The notes beneath the pieces are model-generated. The model was not told where the DNA came from. It worked only from the letters and a program-made list of their open reading frames with translations, and ran no database searches. Below, piece after piece: positions 1 through 12,305 of a DNA stretch of 64,000 bases. Position numbers and translations under genes: made by a program. How positions within the stretch are numbered: position 1 is the first letter of the stretch; each line of letters begins with the position of its first letter. Source of the DNA: Octopus bimaculoides (Eukaryota); NCBI RefSeq assembly GCF_001194135.2, contig NC_068983.1, positions 25,384,399 to 25,448,398 on the forward strand. The letters are read 5' to 3'.

Positions 1-293
1 AAATAGAGATAACTCGAATGTGGAATCTAAAAACAGAAACAATTCCTATCATAGTAGGTGCCTTAGGTATAATAAAAAAATATTCAGACAAATACATAAC
101 AAAAACACCAGGACTTACAAATATATATAACATACAGAAAATTGCACTACTGGGTACTGCACACATTCTACGCAAAACACTTTCAATACAGTAAACATAA
201 GAGCACCACAGCAAACCACAGCACATACCCAAGGCGCACAGAGCTGTGCTCGGTAGTGAAGTGAAAGCACGTTATAAAAATAAAACTACTGAA
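1..293 (+). mobile_element. R4/Dong-like non-LTR retrotransposon 3' end (subfamily A): RLE C-terminus + 3' UTR
   Basis: 3-194 translates IEITRMWNLKTETIPIIVGALGIIKKYSDKYITKTPGLTNIYNIQKIALLGTAHILRKTLSIQ*, a typical RLE-clade ORF end. The 3' UTR matches the reverse complement of 6760-6829 and is followed by (TAA)n. Confidence 0.9.
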
Positions 294-294
294 A

Positions 295-295
<1 letters not shown>

Positions 296-368
<73 letters not shown>
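296..368. repeat. (TAA)n microsatellite / retrotransposon tail
   Basis: Direct read. Confidence 0.97.
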
Positions 369-369
<1 letters not shown>

Positions 370-375
370 GCAATA

Positions 376-840
376 ATATTGACTGACTTCAGACAAAAAT
401 CATGCCTCCTCATTGAAATGACTGTCCACATCGATATAACTGTATCTGAGATGACCTACCAAAAACTTAGCAAGTTTAAAGATCTTGAAATAGAAATTGG
501 CAAAATGTGGAGCCTCAAGACTAAAACAACACCTATTGTTATAGGTTCCTCATGAATGATAGCAAAAGAGGCTGATTGCTACTTAGCTCAGATAGGAGGA
601 AACACCAAAATGGCAGAAATGCAAAAGTTAGTGCTCATAGGAACTGTTCAAATCCTCAAATTTTAAATTAAACTCATAATATCCTTATGCTTTCTTAATC
701 TCTAGAACAATACTTTGTGCAAAACCAAATATAGGACACCCTAGGCATAACACCATCATGAACACTTAACTTGTTGTCTCTTGAGGTCTTTGGGTGAGAC
801 TTGGGACCAACTTGTACAAATAAAAATCAGAAGTCAAACA
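376..840 (+). mobile_element. 5'-truncated, decayed R4/Dong-like element (subfamily B)
   Basis: Translates KSCLLIEMTVHIDITVSEMTYQKLSKFKDLEIEIGKMWSLKTKTTPIVIGSS*MIAKEADCYLAQIGG...LVLIGT. ORF end and 3' UTR align with 8830-9297. Confidence 0.88.
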
Positions 841-2499
841 TATTAGAATAATGATAATAATTGTTTAGTCTGTGCACGCATGTTATTTTAAAAGGTGGGT
901 GAACAAATATGCGTGTATGAATAAATTCAAAGAATTCTATTTATATTATGCTCCATAAAAATTACATATATTTAGCATAATTTCCTTAATTTCCGAATTA
1001 GAAATTTTAAATATTTACAATAATTCGTAGGAAACCTTTATGTTCATTAAATCTTACTATACTTCACTAGGAATGCTTTCATGAATAACTCATTAACATT
1101 TTAAGGTTTGAATAGCTCATGCCTCAACAATGTAAATGACATGTTTCATCTAACAGCCCATTATCGGAAACACGGATAATGGATGGATCTGCAACACAAA
1201 ACCTGTTAATTACTGTAAAAGTAAAATTTATTTGTAATTGCATAGCCAGTATATCAACGAAAAGAATTCAACAAAATGAATCCAAGCAGTACGAACAGTT
1301 CAAGCTGTAGGATTAAAAGAGTTTAAAATGTGTTCTTGTATTTCTACCTAGACATACGTATCGAGCATTTCTGTGTGGGCATAAATGTGTCAGTAATAAA
1401 TTTGACTCCAAAACTAAGTACCGCCCTGAAATAAAACAAAAGAGCTTTCTCAGACATAATGTCTTCCAGGAAATAATTTGGATCTCAGTTAGGTGTGAAT
1501 TGTGCCAAACTAAAGATATCATTTCATAGTCAATTACTATTCTTCACTAGTTTCTTATAACTGATTTTCTTGCCAGGCTTGCTGTTAGTAGCATCAGCAG
1601 ATAAAAGTAATTATTCTTTGTTTCCGGAATTCAATATATCTATTACGTTGAATTTATTCAACGAGACATACAAGAAGAATTAGTAGCTTTTCTTTCTGTA
1701 ATTTTTCTTCCTTTATCAGGAAAATCTAAGGGATGTTATAAATAATGCGTACATACTGAAAAACTATCAATTCTTAAGCTTTTCACTGAAACAATGGCTT
1801 TAGGTGCATATATATTTTTAGAATTTTATCTCAGATTGAGAATAACAATTGAACTTTACTGCTATTTTTAGTCCGTGGACTTAACATCCAAACTCAGAAA
1901 AAAATATGAATGTTTGAATTTTGTGAGATTATTGTATGTTTGAAATGCTTAAGAAGCTACATTTAAGGCAGAGCTGAAGTGACATCTAGAATTAATATCG
2001 AAATTCTTCCAGTTATATTTATGTTTATAATCTCACGCCAGTTTTGTGTCTGCAATTTGTTTTCTGTTGTTTAATTAAAATTTTGTTTTCCGGGATGCAC
2101 TTTTTATTTGAACTATTCCGGAAGTCAAAGATTATTTCGTTTACTAGAGTTTATTTTTCCAGTGTGTAATATAGAAAGAAGAGAGTAAATTTTACAAACT
2201 GCGTCACATCTATTTTACATTATCTTGAACTTACATTTCAAGAATTGTACCGTTAAATTGAATGCTTGTAAATTTGTACTAGAGTAAAGTTTCATTTGAT
2301 TCGTTACCGTAAGAAAACTGGTGCAAGGTGCATAATATCAGTGAAGCGTTAGTAACGAGTGTTCACTTGACAATAATATTACATGATATGTTGTTTGGAT
2401 ATACGATAAATTAGGATAAAGCAACAGAGTGCTATTAGAGTAAACAAGTATTTATAGGCATGTGAGGATAAGTAGGTGGATCGGATATATGTATATATA

Positions 2500-2630
2500 T
2501 ATAATTAACAGAATGAGATACAAATCCAAGGCTGTGGAAGATCTAAGAACATTCATAAAGAGAAGGTGTTACAGCTGTTTCCAGGATATTTTATATATCC
2601 TTTCATCGGTGACGGTGTGAGAAAATTTAC
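2500..2630 (-). mobile_element. Penelope-like pLTR remnant with decayed type I hammerhead motif (2565-2615)
   Basis: Minus strand reads CCGATGA-A-AGGATAT-ataaa-ATATCCT-G-GAAAC-agct-GTA. Stem II and the palindromic stem III are intact; the U4 position and stem I are mutated. Confidence 0.55.
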
Positions 2631-3592
2631 ACATTTATACACAATTACACACATGTCTATATACATGTTTAATATATGCATATGTATATATCTTAACATA
2701 CATATTTTCTTCTACTACTAAGCACTGATCTGTCCTCTAAGCAACCTAACCTATATTCCCAAATTCTTTATTCCACCATTTTACTACTCCTACTTCCTCT
2801 CTCTGCCCTTCACTACATACCTCTATCACTACATACCTCACATTCCTTTAATCTTTACCCTTTCGTCGCTTTAGACTCCCATATCTTTCTCTCACTCTCA
2901 CCCTCACCTCCTCATTCCTTCTATCAATTCGTCCTGACTGACCACTCGCCAGTACACTTTCCCTCTCTTCATTTCATCATTTGCGTACTATCTCTGTCCC
3001 TGCTTTTTTTCTTCCTCTCTTCCTCCCCCCCTCTTCCTGTTTATATATTTGCTTTTCATTCTGCAGATTTTAAGGATAGTCATTCCTTCAGCAGATTTAG
3101 GGATGGTAGTACAATTCTTTGTTTTATTTCGTCCAAGACGTGTCTCTCCTGAATAATTTCTGAATGCAACAGACTGTCAGCTTCTATACAGTTGGATTTG
3201 TTGACTGAATTTGTTACTACTACTCTCATGTTGTGACTTTTTCACTATTTCTGTTGTTATAGTGTGTACCATCTTAAACATTATGTTCGTTTATTTGTTT
3301 GGGCTCCTTCACTGTTCTATAATCTGTTACTCCGTTTCAAAATAATTTTTCCAAATTCCATGAATGATAATTTGTTCCTATGCTTACATATGACCATCTT
3401 AGAGTGTCTATCACGTTTTCACTGGATCTGATTTAATTCCAGGGTTTCTTCAAGCCACAAGATGCATACCTGTGAAGTTCCATTATATGGTGCAGCATAT
3501 TTTATAATGGACCAATGAGATGTGTATTCTTCTCCATTCTGTTTCAGTCTCAAGCGGAGGTTCAACAGGGATGTGGTGTGTCCATATCACTA

Positions 3593-4195
3593 TCATTGTT
3601 GTGACTGACCAATGCAACATACCGAACAAGGCCCGCTGCAAGCCATATCGCCGACTCTGACGATATGCTAAATGGTTTAAGCACCATCTGCTGGCATGTC
3701 CCATCGTTTCATGTCACGGAAAAATTTCAAGTATGAATTAGAAGCATTTCGAAATATATAAACAAAATCGACACACATACACAAGGTACGTTTGTTGTTA
3801 GTTCGTGGGTCGGCTGCGGTTTTATGCGTGAGAGAATTGTCTTGTTTAGTATGTGGTATTGATATGTCACATGAATTACGGAACACCGATATCTGTCCCT
3901 CCGAGAAGGGACCTTTCAGATGTTTTCATACCAAGCGCAAAGAGAATATATTCTCTTCCACCTAAATACAGTAGCCCACCCATGACCTAACAGCACACAT
4001 ACCTTGTGTGTGTGTATTCGATTTTGTTTATATATCTCGAGCTGCTTTTAATTCATATTTGAATTTTTTTCGGGCATGAAACATTAGAACAAGCTAGTAG
4101 ATAGTGTCTAAACTATTTAACATAAAACCATAGTCGGTGATATGGCTTGCAGCGGGTCTTGTTCGGTATGTTGAATTGATAAGTCACAACAACGA
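3593..4195. mobile_element. ~600-bp imperfect palindrome (fold-back / HINE-like element)
   Basis: 3593-~3870 is the reverse complement of ~3915-4195. A 42-bp core (3615-3656 vs 4132-4173) has only 2 mismatches. Confidence 0.8.
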
Positions 4196-5086
4196 CGAAA
4201 CAACGATATCTTTCGCTCTGAGGAGGGCCCTATGTGAGCTATCTCGCTTGGATACGACTTACTTTCAGGTGTTTCTTAAAGAAGGCTCATAGAGATTATA
4301 TTCTATGTCTAATAACCGCAGCCGATCCAGGAACTAACAACATACATAGCTTATGTACAGCTTATAGTCTTATTCATAGCTTTGTCTCTTAACCCAACTT
4401 TTATATGCTATTATTTATAGCCCTATCTAGATCGCGTTCCACTGTTATGAATGGAACTTGTAAAATTATGTAATGATATTGCCAAGAAATACAATAAAAC
4501 TGTCGATGTATTACTTCTCCGTTATTAACGCTTCTTTCCTAAATCAATAAATCACCTCCTTCTGTGTAATCCGTGGACAGATATGAGTAAACTCATCCAA
4601 ACTGTAAAACCGTATTTATCTGTTCACAAACGTGATGAATAAATGATTGTAGGTGAAGCATAATATAATATAACATATACTATGTTAGCAATACGAGGCA
4701 ATCACTGGTCACTTCAAAGTCATTATGCATGTTGTGTAATATGTTACTAAACGTTATTGAAATAACTGTAATCCATGGAGTCAATGTAGCATCAGTAAGT
4801 TCATTCTTCACTCGTCACATGTATCTGTTTACGTGTCTGCGTATATATATATCTGTGTGTGTATTACATGTGCATTCCAGAGGTTTTGATGCGAGATATG
4901 TATTAGTTACAAAGAAGTACAACACTTTGGTCTCCTTTAAAGTAGGAAAGAGAGAGAGAAGAGAGAGATGATGGTGGTGGTGGTGGTCGTCGTCGTGGAG
5001 GTGGTCATGGTGAGTACATAGCGAAAAGAATTTTAAAAAAATAAACTAAGTTTTATATATCAAGTATCACATAATGCATACGCATC

Positions 5087-5164
5087 CCAAACTTGCCATT
5101 CACTTCAGAAGGAAACCAGTTACCTGTTCGCCTGCCATATGTAATGACTATCAATAAATCACAA
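5087..5164 (+). mobile_element. Helitron/PIF1-type helicase fragment
   Basis: Translates PNLPFTSEGNQLPVRLPYVMTINKSQ, resembling the Helitron helicase motif LPF..KR.QFPVRLA.AMTINKSQG. Confidence 0.6.
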
Positions 5165-5660
5165 TATGTATTTGCTCTGACCAATCGCCTCGGCTTATAA
5201 GTTACTAACGATGTGGTCTTCAGAGTACGCCATGTTGCATTAAGTTTTTACCCCCGTGAAATTATGACCCCTCTATTTTACATATCAAATGATTATTTTC
5301 CTATAAAACTTTTATGTTCTAGATATGAAATTGTGACCGTATGAATTTTAATTGTGACCATTTAAATTTTAAAATGTCATTTTTCTATTTATGGGGAAAA
5401 TAAGAGTGAATACTTATTTCATGAGTGCTGTGTATTAAGTCTATGAAAATGTGCATAAAGTATATCAAGTATATATATGAATTGCATTAAGTAGTCATCG
5501 TATTCCAATTTCCTTCGTTTTTTAATGAATAGCAGATGAGCGAGCATCTTTTGATAAGAACACAACACAGACTACGATTTCTGATGTTTAGGATAAAATT
5601 TCCAGGAATAAACTAATAGGGTTACTATTAATTCCATGAAGTATTTACGGGTCCAGCCAG

Positions 5661-5810
5661 TTCTTCTTCTTCTTCTTCTTCTTCTTCTTCTTCTTCTTCT
5701 TCTTCTTCTTCTTCTTCTTCTTCTTCTTCTTCTTCTTCTTCTTCTTCTTCTTCTTCTTCTTCTTCTTCTTCTTCTTCTTCTTCTTCTTCTTCTTCTTCTT
5801 CTTCTTCTTC
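5661..5810. repeat. (TTC)n microsatellite (~50 units)
   Basis: Direct read; explains the poly-R/K/L ORFs. Confidence 0.97.
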
Positions 5811-6038
5811 TCATTTTCATTAGCATCGTCTCTCCATTCTGTTTCCATTTTTTGAGGAGTTTCTTCCTGACACCTATGGCAGAGGAACGTACTGTATACA
5901 TTGGTAGGCCATTAAAACAAACACACCAGATTACTCATTTACAGAGTCATGTCATAAAGAAAAAGGGTAAGACGGAGAGAAAAACGAAAAAAAAAATAGA
6001 AAAGTAAACAAAATAAAGGATGGAAAAGAACGGAAAAT

Positions 6039-6687
6039 TTACAGCGACAATGCTCTTCTCAATACGTGTGACCTACACCAGTTAAGACAATCTTGTGCAC
6101 TTCGTCTTTTGATCATTCCAAGTGCCCATACCATCTTTTCGATTTCGATGAGCAGATCTTTATAATTTCTGAGCTTAGTAAATTCTTTTGCCGATATATT
6201 ATGGTCACAAGGTATGATCATGTCAATCAATAAACAGACGTGATTGCTATTAATACTATTCTTATTATCTTTTTCTTCTTTCTTCAAATTTTCTTCCATT
6301 TCTCGCCGTGTGTTTTCCGAGATACCACATTTTAAAATTTCTATTAGCAAGTCTTCATATTTATTGATCTTGTCAAATTCTTTCGCCGCTATGTTATGAT
6401 CGCAAGGAATACTCATGTCAATTAATAAACACATCCTTTTTGTCTGATCTTTTATAATAATATCCGGTTTATTAGCTTTTATAGTTTTGTCGGTATGTAC
6501 GGGGAAGTCCCAGAGAATCGACACAATTTCTTCCTCAGTCACAGCTTCAGGACGGTGTTTATACCATTTGTCAGCGGTTTTGATTTCATAATGCCGACAT
6601 ATTGCCCAGTGTAAATACTGGCCGACTCTGTCGTGTCTTGCTTTATATTCTACAGGTGCTAAGACTCTACACCCTGAGATTAAGTGG
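6039..6687 (-). mobile_element. R4/Dong-like fragments (subfamily C), two stacked partial copies
   Basis: IDHLISGCRVLAPVEYKARHDRVGQYLHW...ILWDFPVHTDKTIKANKPDIIIKD...CLLIDMSIP...KYEDLLIEI shows the zinc-knuckle end and PD-(D/E)xK RLE motifs. A second CLLIDMIIP...YKDLLIEIEKM block follows after a degenerate GAA/TAA run. Confidence 0.9.
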
Positions 6688-6689
6688 TC

Positions 6690-6696
6690 TATATTT

Positions 6697-6758
<62 letters not shown>
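6690..6758. repeat. (TTA)n microsatellite (tail of subfamily A copy)
   Basis: Direct read. Confidence 0.95.
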
Positions 6759-6759
<1 letters not shown>

Positions 6760-7487
6760 GTTCAGTAGTTTTATTTTTATACCGTGCTTTCACTTCACTA
6801 CCGAGCGCAGCTCTGTGTGCCTTGGGTATNNNNNNNNNNNNNNNNNNNNNNNNNNNNNNNNNNNNNNNNNNNNNNNNNNNNNNNNNNNNNNNNNNNNNNN
6901 NNNNNNNNNNNNNNNNNNNNNNNNNNNNNNNNNNNNNNNNNNNNNNNNNNNNNNNNNNNNNNNNNNNNNNNNNNNNNNNNNNNNNNNNNNNNNNNNNNNN
7001 NNNNNNNNNNNNNNNNNNNNNNNNNNNNNNNNNNNNNNNNNNNNNNNNNNNNNNNNNNNNNNNNNNNNNNNNNNNNNNNNNGTGTTTATACCATTTGTCA
7101 GCGGTTTTGATTTCATAATGCCGACATATTGCCCAGTGTAAATACTGGCCGACTCTGTCGTGTCTGTGAATATATTCCTTCTTAGCCAGGACTGGGCAGC
7201 CAGAGATAATATGATTTATTGTTTCTTGTCCATCTCCACATATTCTACAGTTACTTGTTATATTTCTTTTCATTATGTTTTTGGTAATTTCTGGTGGGGA
7301 GGCTTTGGTCTTGTGCAGAAATTAAAAATCCTTCAGACTCTGCATTGAATCCTGAGCTTCTCAGCCATTGCTGGGATTTTTCTCTGTCTATTTCTTTCGC
7401 ATTTAGTTTAGCCCAGTATTTACCATGTAGGGGCTTTTCTTGCCCTCGTTTTATCATGGTTCGTTGCTGTTCTAGTTTTAGTTTGGA
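6760..7487 (-). mobile_element. 5'-truncated R4/Dong-like element (subfamily A) spanning an N-gap
   Basis: KPLHGKYW...QQWLRSSG..AESEGFLISAQDQSLPTRNYQKH / CRICGDGQETINHIISGCPVLAKKEYIHRHDRV (CCHC knuckle). The 3' UTR matches that of the 1-293 copy. Confidence 0.88.
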
Positions 7488-7615
7488 TTTCTTCTTCTTC
7501 TTCTTCTTCTTCTTCTTCTTCTTCTTCTTCTTCTTCTTCTTCTTCTTCTTCTTCTTCTTCTTCTTCTTCTTCTTCTTCTTCTTCTTCTTCTTCTTCTTCT
7601 TCTTCTTCTTCTTCT
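7488..7615. repeat. (TTC)n microsatellite
   Basis: Direct read; abuts the 5' truncation point of the element to its left. Confidence 0.97.
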
Positions 7616-8129
7616 TTCCTGTTTAATTATTATTCGAGATGACGAAAAGTATCCTCAAATACCAAGTCTCTTAGAATTTTGGGGGAATATAGGAAGACAC
7701 TATGTAATATTGGATGACAGTGTGTTCTTCAATTCCAGAATATATTTAAACCATAAGGTGGTGGTGTGTGTGTAGCGTTGTGTTCTCTAACTACCGGAAG
7801 AACAATTGTACAAGTGCCAAAGACCGAGGTAATATCATACGTAGTTAAATGTCATGAATGACTGGTTTTTAAATATTTATTTGCTCTTTCTTTCCTATTC
7901 ATATTCAATATTTTAAATTTTGTTTTTCTTCCTCCATTCTTCTTTCTCCACATTATTTTCTTTTTCCAGCTCACTTTGTGTTTCACGCTGTTCATAGAGG
8001 TACAACATTGATTATGGGCTAGAACTAAAGGATTGTAAGTGCAGGCATAAGTGTATCAGTAAAACAGCTTATTGGGATATTAGAAGGAAAAGAGGTAAAA
8101 CACCCCTGTTTTACAACTGGAATTCACAA

Positions 8130-9297
8130 TGAAGAGTGCCACAATTGGCCTAATCAGCCAAGGAAAAATCTCTGATGACTGAATGTCAAAATTGACATAA
8201 AGCATGAAAACAGGCAAAGAAATTTCTAAATGAATTCCAAATAATATAAATCCCAGAATTAGTCGTACTAGAAACAAACACAGAACAATCTAAGCGTATG
8301 AAAACCCGTGCTAAAACAGCTACCTTAGATATTCTTACTGATAATTGACAAGAAAAACCTCTCAATGGCAAATGCCCAAAGAGAGCTAATAATGCCGATG
8401 TTAACAAATCCATTACCCATCAATGGTTAGGGTCTTCTGGCCTAAAATCAGAGACAGAAGGGTTTTGTAATAGCAGCCCATGATCAATGTCTACCTACAA
8501 GGAACTACCAGGCCAACATATTAAAGAACAGCAGTAGCAGAACATGTGTATGTAAACAACATAATGAAACCATTGATCTTGTTGTCTCCGTGTGAAATCT
8601 CTCTTGCGCCTACAGAGTATCTCAGCAAGCATGATAGAGCAGCACAATATATTCACTGGGTAATTTTCAAAAACATGGATACGCCCCATGATAAAAACTG
8701 GTGGGAACACAAACTATCTGCAGTGCTTGAAAATGATCACATCTCGCTCCTCTGGACCTTCACAGTTAAAACTGACGGAAAGATAGATGGAACTAGGTCA
8801 GGTATTATGTTGAAAGATTTCATAAAAATCATGCTTCCTCATTGATATGACTGTCTCAATCGGCGTAAATATATGTGTCAAGACCCACGAAAAGCTGAGC
8901 AAGTATAAAGATCTTGAAATAGAAATTGGCAAAATGTGGGATCTCAAGACTAAAGCAATACCTGTTGTCATAGATTCCCTAGGAATTGTAACAAAAGGGG
9001 CTTATTGCTACCTAGCTCAGATACAAGGAAACTCCAAAATGGCAGTAATTCAAAAGACAGTGCTCATAGGAACTGCTCATATGCTACGTAAAATACTATG
9101 TATGTAATCTAAAATTTTAAAACAAACTCATAATTTTCTTATGTCTTCATAAACATTCTCTAGGACAATGCTATGTGCAAAACCAAATATATGACACCCT
9201 AGGCTTAACGCCAACTTGAACTTGCGACTTGTTGTCTCTTGAGTTCTCTGGGTGAGATTTGGAGTCAACTTGTAGAAATACAAAGTAAAAGTCAAAG
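8130..9297 (+). mobile_element. Decayed R4/Dong-like element (subfamily B), ~1.2 kb 3' portion
   Basis: Frameshifted QEKPLNGK..HQWLGSSGLKSETEG..AAHDQCLPTRNYQ..HDRAAQYIHW..LLWTF..KLSKYKDLEIEIGKMWDLKT..IGTAHMLRKILCM*, followed by the 3' UTR. The left boundary is approximate. Confidence 0.9.
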
Positions 9298-9298
9298 A

Positions 9299-9367
<69 letters not shown>
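9299..9367. repeat. (GAT)n microsatellite
   Basis: Direct read. Confidence 0.97.
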
Positions 9368-9380
9368 ATTAATGCCAACC

Positions 9381-9678
9381 ACCCTGATATAATTAAGAAA
9401 AGACGTTTAGAAACATGACCTATTCACTGATTTGATTGTATACATTTGATATATGTATGTCAGCAAAAGAAAATGAAAAGAACTTGCAAAATATAAAGAA
9501 CTTGAGGATATGTTGTTGACAGAATGTGGCACCTAAAACCCCAAGCTGTTCTGGTAATGATGGGAGAATTGTCATCAAAATGCGTACACAGATTTCTGGA
9601 AAACAGACATGTGAAACCTAACATCTAAGGAATCGAAGAAGTACAGTCCACATACTTCGTAAGTTTTTGTCTTTGCAA
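9381..9678 (+). mobile_element. Highly decayed R4/Dong-like 3' fragment
   Basis: Frameshifted PDIIKK..LF.DL..YVSAKENEK..KYKELE..RMWHLKP RLE motifs. Confidence 0.65.
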
Positions 9679-9680
9679 TA

Positions 9681-9807
9681 CAGCGTGTCCACAAAGCTTG
9701 GGTACAAGGGGATTAACATATACTTTAAGAAATTATTATTTCTTATATTTAATTGTTTATGTTATGATTTTATTTACTCCATGTACCCAATCTTTGTGGA
9801 CACCATG
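9681..9807. mobile_element. Tc1/mariner-type MITE (127 bp)
   Basis: 26-bp TIRs CAGCGTGTCCACAAAGCTTGGGTACA / TGTACCCAATCTTTGTGGACACCATG (23/26), with TA on both flanks. Confidence 0.8.
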
Positions 9808-9980
9808 TATATGCCAACACAATCTTTCCTGTTAATTTTCCTAGCAAATTTAATTGATATTTGCTACCATTAAAGTAACCTCAATGCAAATTTAACGTAT
9901 ACCTTTTATACTTTATATATTTCTTTTTATCCCATCTCACAACTTTTATATACTTATTTTCTCTGTGTGTTCCAACTAAA

Positions 9981-10034
9981 CACTTTTCTGATGAGGTTTC
10001 TTAAGTGAATGGGAAAACAAGACTGCCAAAAGTG
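9981..10034 (+). ncRNA. Decayed type I hammerhead-like motif
   Basis: CACTTTT-CTGATGA-...-GAAA-...-AAAAGTG has a perfect 7-bp stem I; stem II and the cleavage triplet are degenerate. Confidence 0.35.
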
Positions 10035-10877
10035 CCTGCCCTAAGTGTTTGGTTGGTTACTAGGTAGTTATTGCCTATAAAGCGAAACCAAATGGGAAAA
10101 AAATAACGACAATAAAAATAAGAGCAATAATAAAGTTCATTAGATTTCTAAAAAATTATACATCTCCAAACTAACTGTTGTAGAGTTTGATTTTCTCCTC
10201 GGCTTTTCACCTATACTGGAGATAAAAAATATGAACTGGTGACGGAGATATTTGTTTTTCAGAAGATATAATGATCTGATGTGACATTCAGAATATGTAT
10301 TCTTTCATTACTAATATTTAGAATTATGCAAGCATAAACAAATAAAACTGAAATAAAGAAAATATAATGATGTAAGTTAAATGAATTTGATATAATCAAG
10401 AACAGAAATTCAGCCACGAAATCAAATCGTATTGTAATTCTATCTCTCTGTAGTGTATTTTGGGAATTAGAATAACGAAAGAATTATGACACAGATATAA
10501 AGTTTAAATGGGACCCTCCGTGTTTTATGTTTTATCGAATTTAATTTTATAAAAATCAAAGCCTAGTGAGTTCTCTTTTTCAGAGCAGCTAATTATTGTC
10601 GCTTTCTTTTGTTGAGCATTGAGAGAAATAGCTATATAAATCCAGTTGCTTTTCACGATAACCTGCAGGTTTTTATTTCACGTGGCTTTCAACATAACTG
10701 ATGGCATGATTACAAAGAAGTATCAATGTAATTAATGTAATTAAAAGATACGACCAACTTAATCAAATATTGGATATGAATAGTTTCGCTTCAAACCTAA
10801 TCTTTGATGCCATATTCATTTTAATCGCATATTCAGTGACTATATGCATATCTAAGTCTTTCGGATTTATCTTACAA

Positions 10878-11020
<143 letters not shown>

Positions 11021-11815
11021 AGTGCAAGAGAAATGATAACTATTAAGGCAACATTTCATTATTGTCGTTTCTTAAAGTTGAATTAAGGAATATGTCACGC
11101 TGAGAAGAAAAATGTGACGATATCACAAAAACGATGCCATACAACTGAATTTCATATTTATTGTTCCTATTTACAAAGAAACTCAACTAAAAAATTTAAC
11201 GCCTTAATAGCCATTGTTATAAAAATTTACTGAATTAGTGGTTTAGAATTTAAATCGAATAAATACTTTATAGTTCTCGTTTAAGAGATGAAAATCGGTG
11301 ATATCTTCTCTTATAAAATTATCAATAATATCATACAATAGAATAATTACAAGCACATATATTGTATTCCGAAAAAGTATATTGTATTCTATGCTTCAAT
11401 ATATCCAGCTAATGCTTTCGTGACAAATTCTACCTCTACACTATAAAATTAAATTTTCATCCTTTGAAATCATCTCTCCTGTTTTCTTTGAGAATCAATA
11501 GCAACTGCCGAAAAATTTTAGCTTATTTTCTTCGAATAAGAGACAAATTTTAATTAGTTGTTATATATTTTTTACATACAACATGTGGTCATTTTGACCG
11601 CGCGGATTAACAGCTGGTGGCATTACTTATATGAAGCTATTTTATTGTCAGCAGAGTTAATCGAGTAATTGAACATACATAAAAGTGCTTTACTGTAAAA
11701 TTGGTCATACATATTTAAGAAGAATGTAGGTAGGGCAAAGCAAAGTATACGTTTTCCCAAAAAGTAAAAAACAAATTACATCAATTTTATCAACATCATG
11801 AAGTTTTGTAAACAT

Positions 11816-12244
11816 AGGCGCAGGAGTAGCTGTGTGGTAAGTAGCTTGCTTAACAACCACATGGCTCCGGATTCATTCCCACTGCGTGGCACCTTGGGCA
11901 AGTGTCTTCTACTATAGCCTCGGACCGACCAAATCCTTGTGAGTGGATTTGATAGACGGAAACTGAAAGAAGCCCGTCGTATATANNNNNNNNNNNNNNN
12001 NNNNNNNNNNNNNNNNNNNNNNNNNNNNNNNNNNNNNNNNNNNNNNNNNNNNNNNNNNNNNNNNNNNNNNNNNNNNNNNNNNNNNNNNNNNNNNNNNNNN
12101 NNNNNNNNNNNNNNNNNNNNNNNNNNNNNNNNNNNNNNNNNNNNNNNNNNNNNNNNNNNNNNNNNNNNNNNNNNNNNNNNNNNNNNNNNNNNNNNNNNNN
12201 NNNNNNNNNNNNNNNNNNNNNNNNNNNNNNNNNNNNNNNNNNNN

Positions 12245-12305
<61 letters not shown>

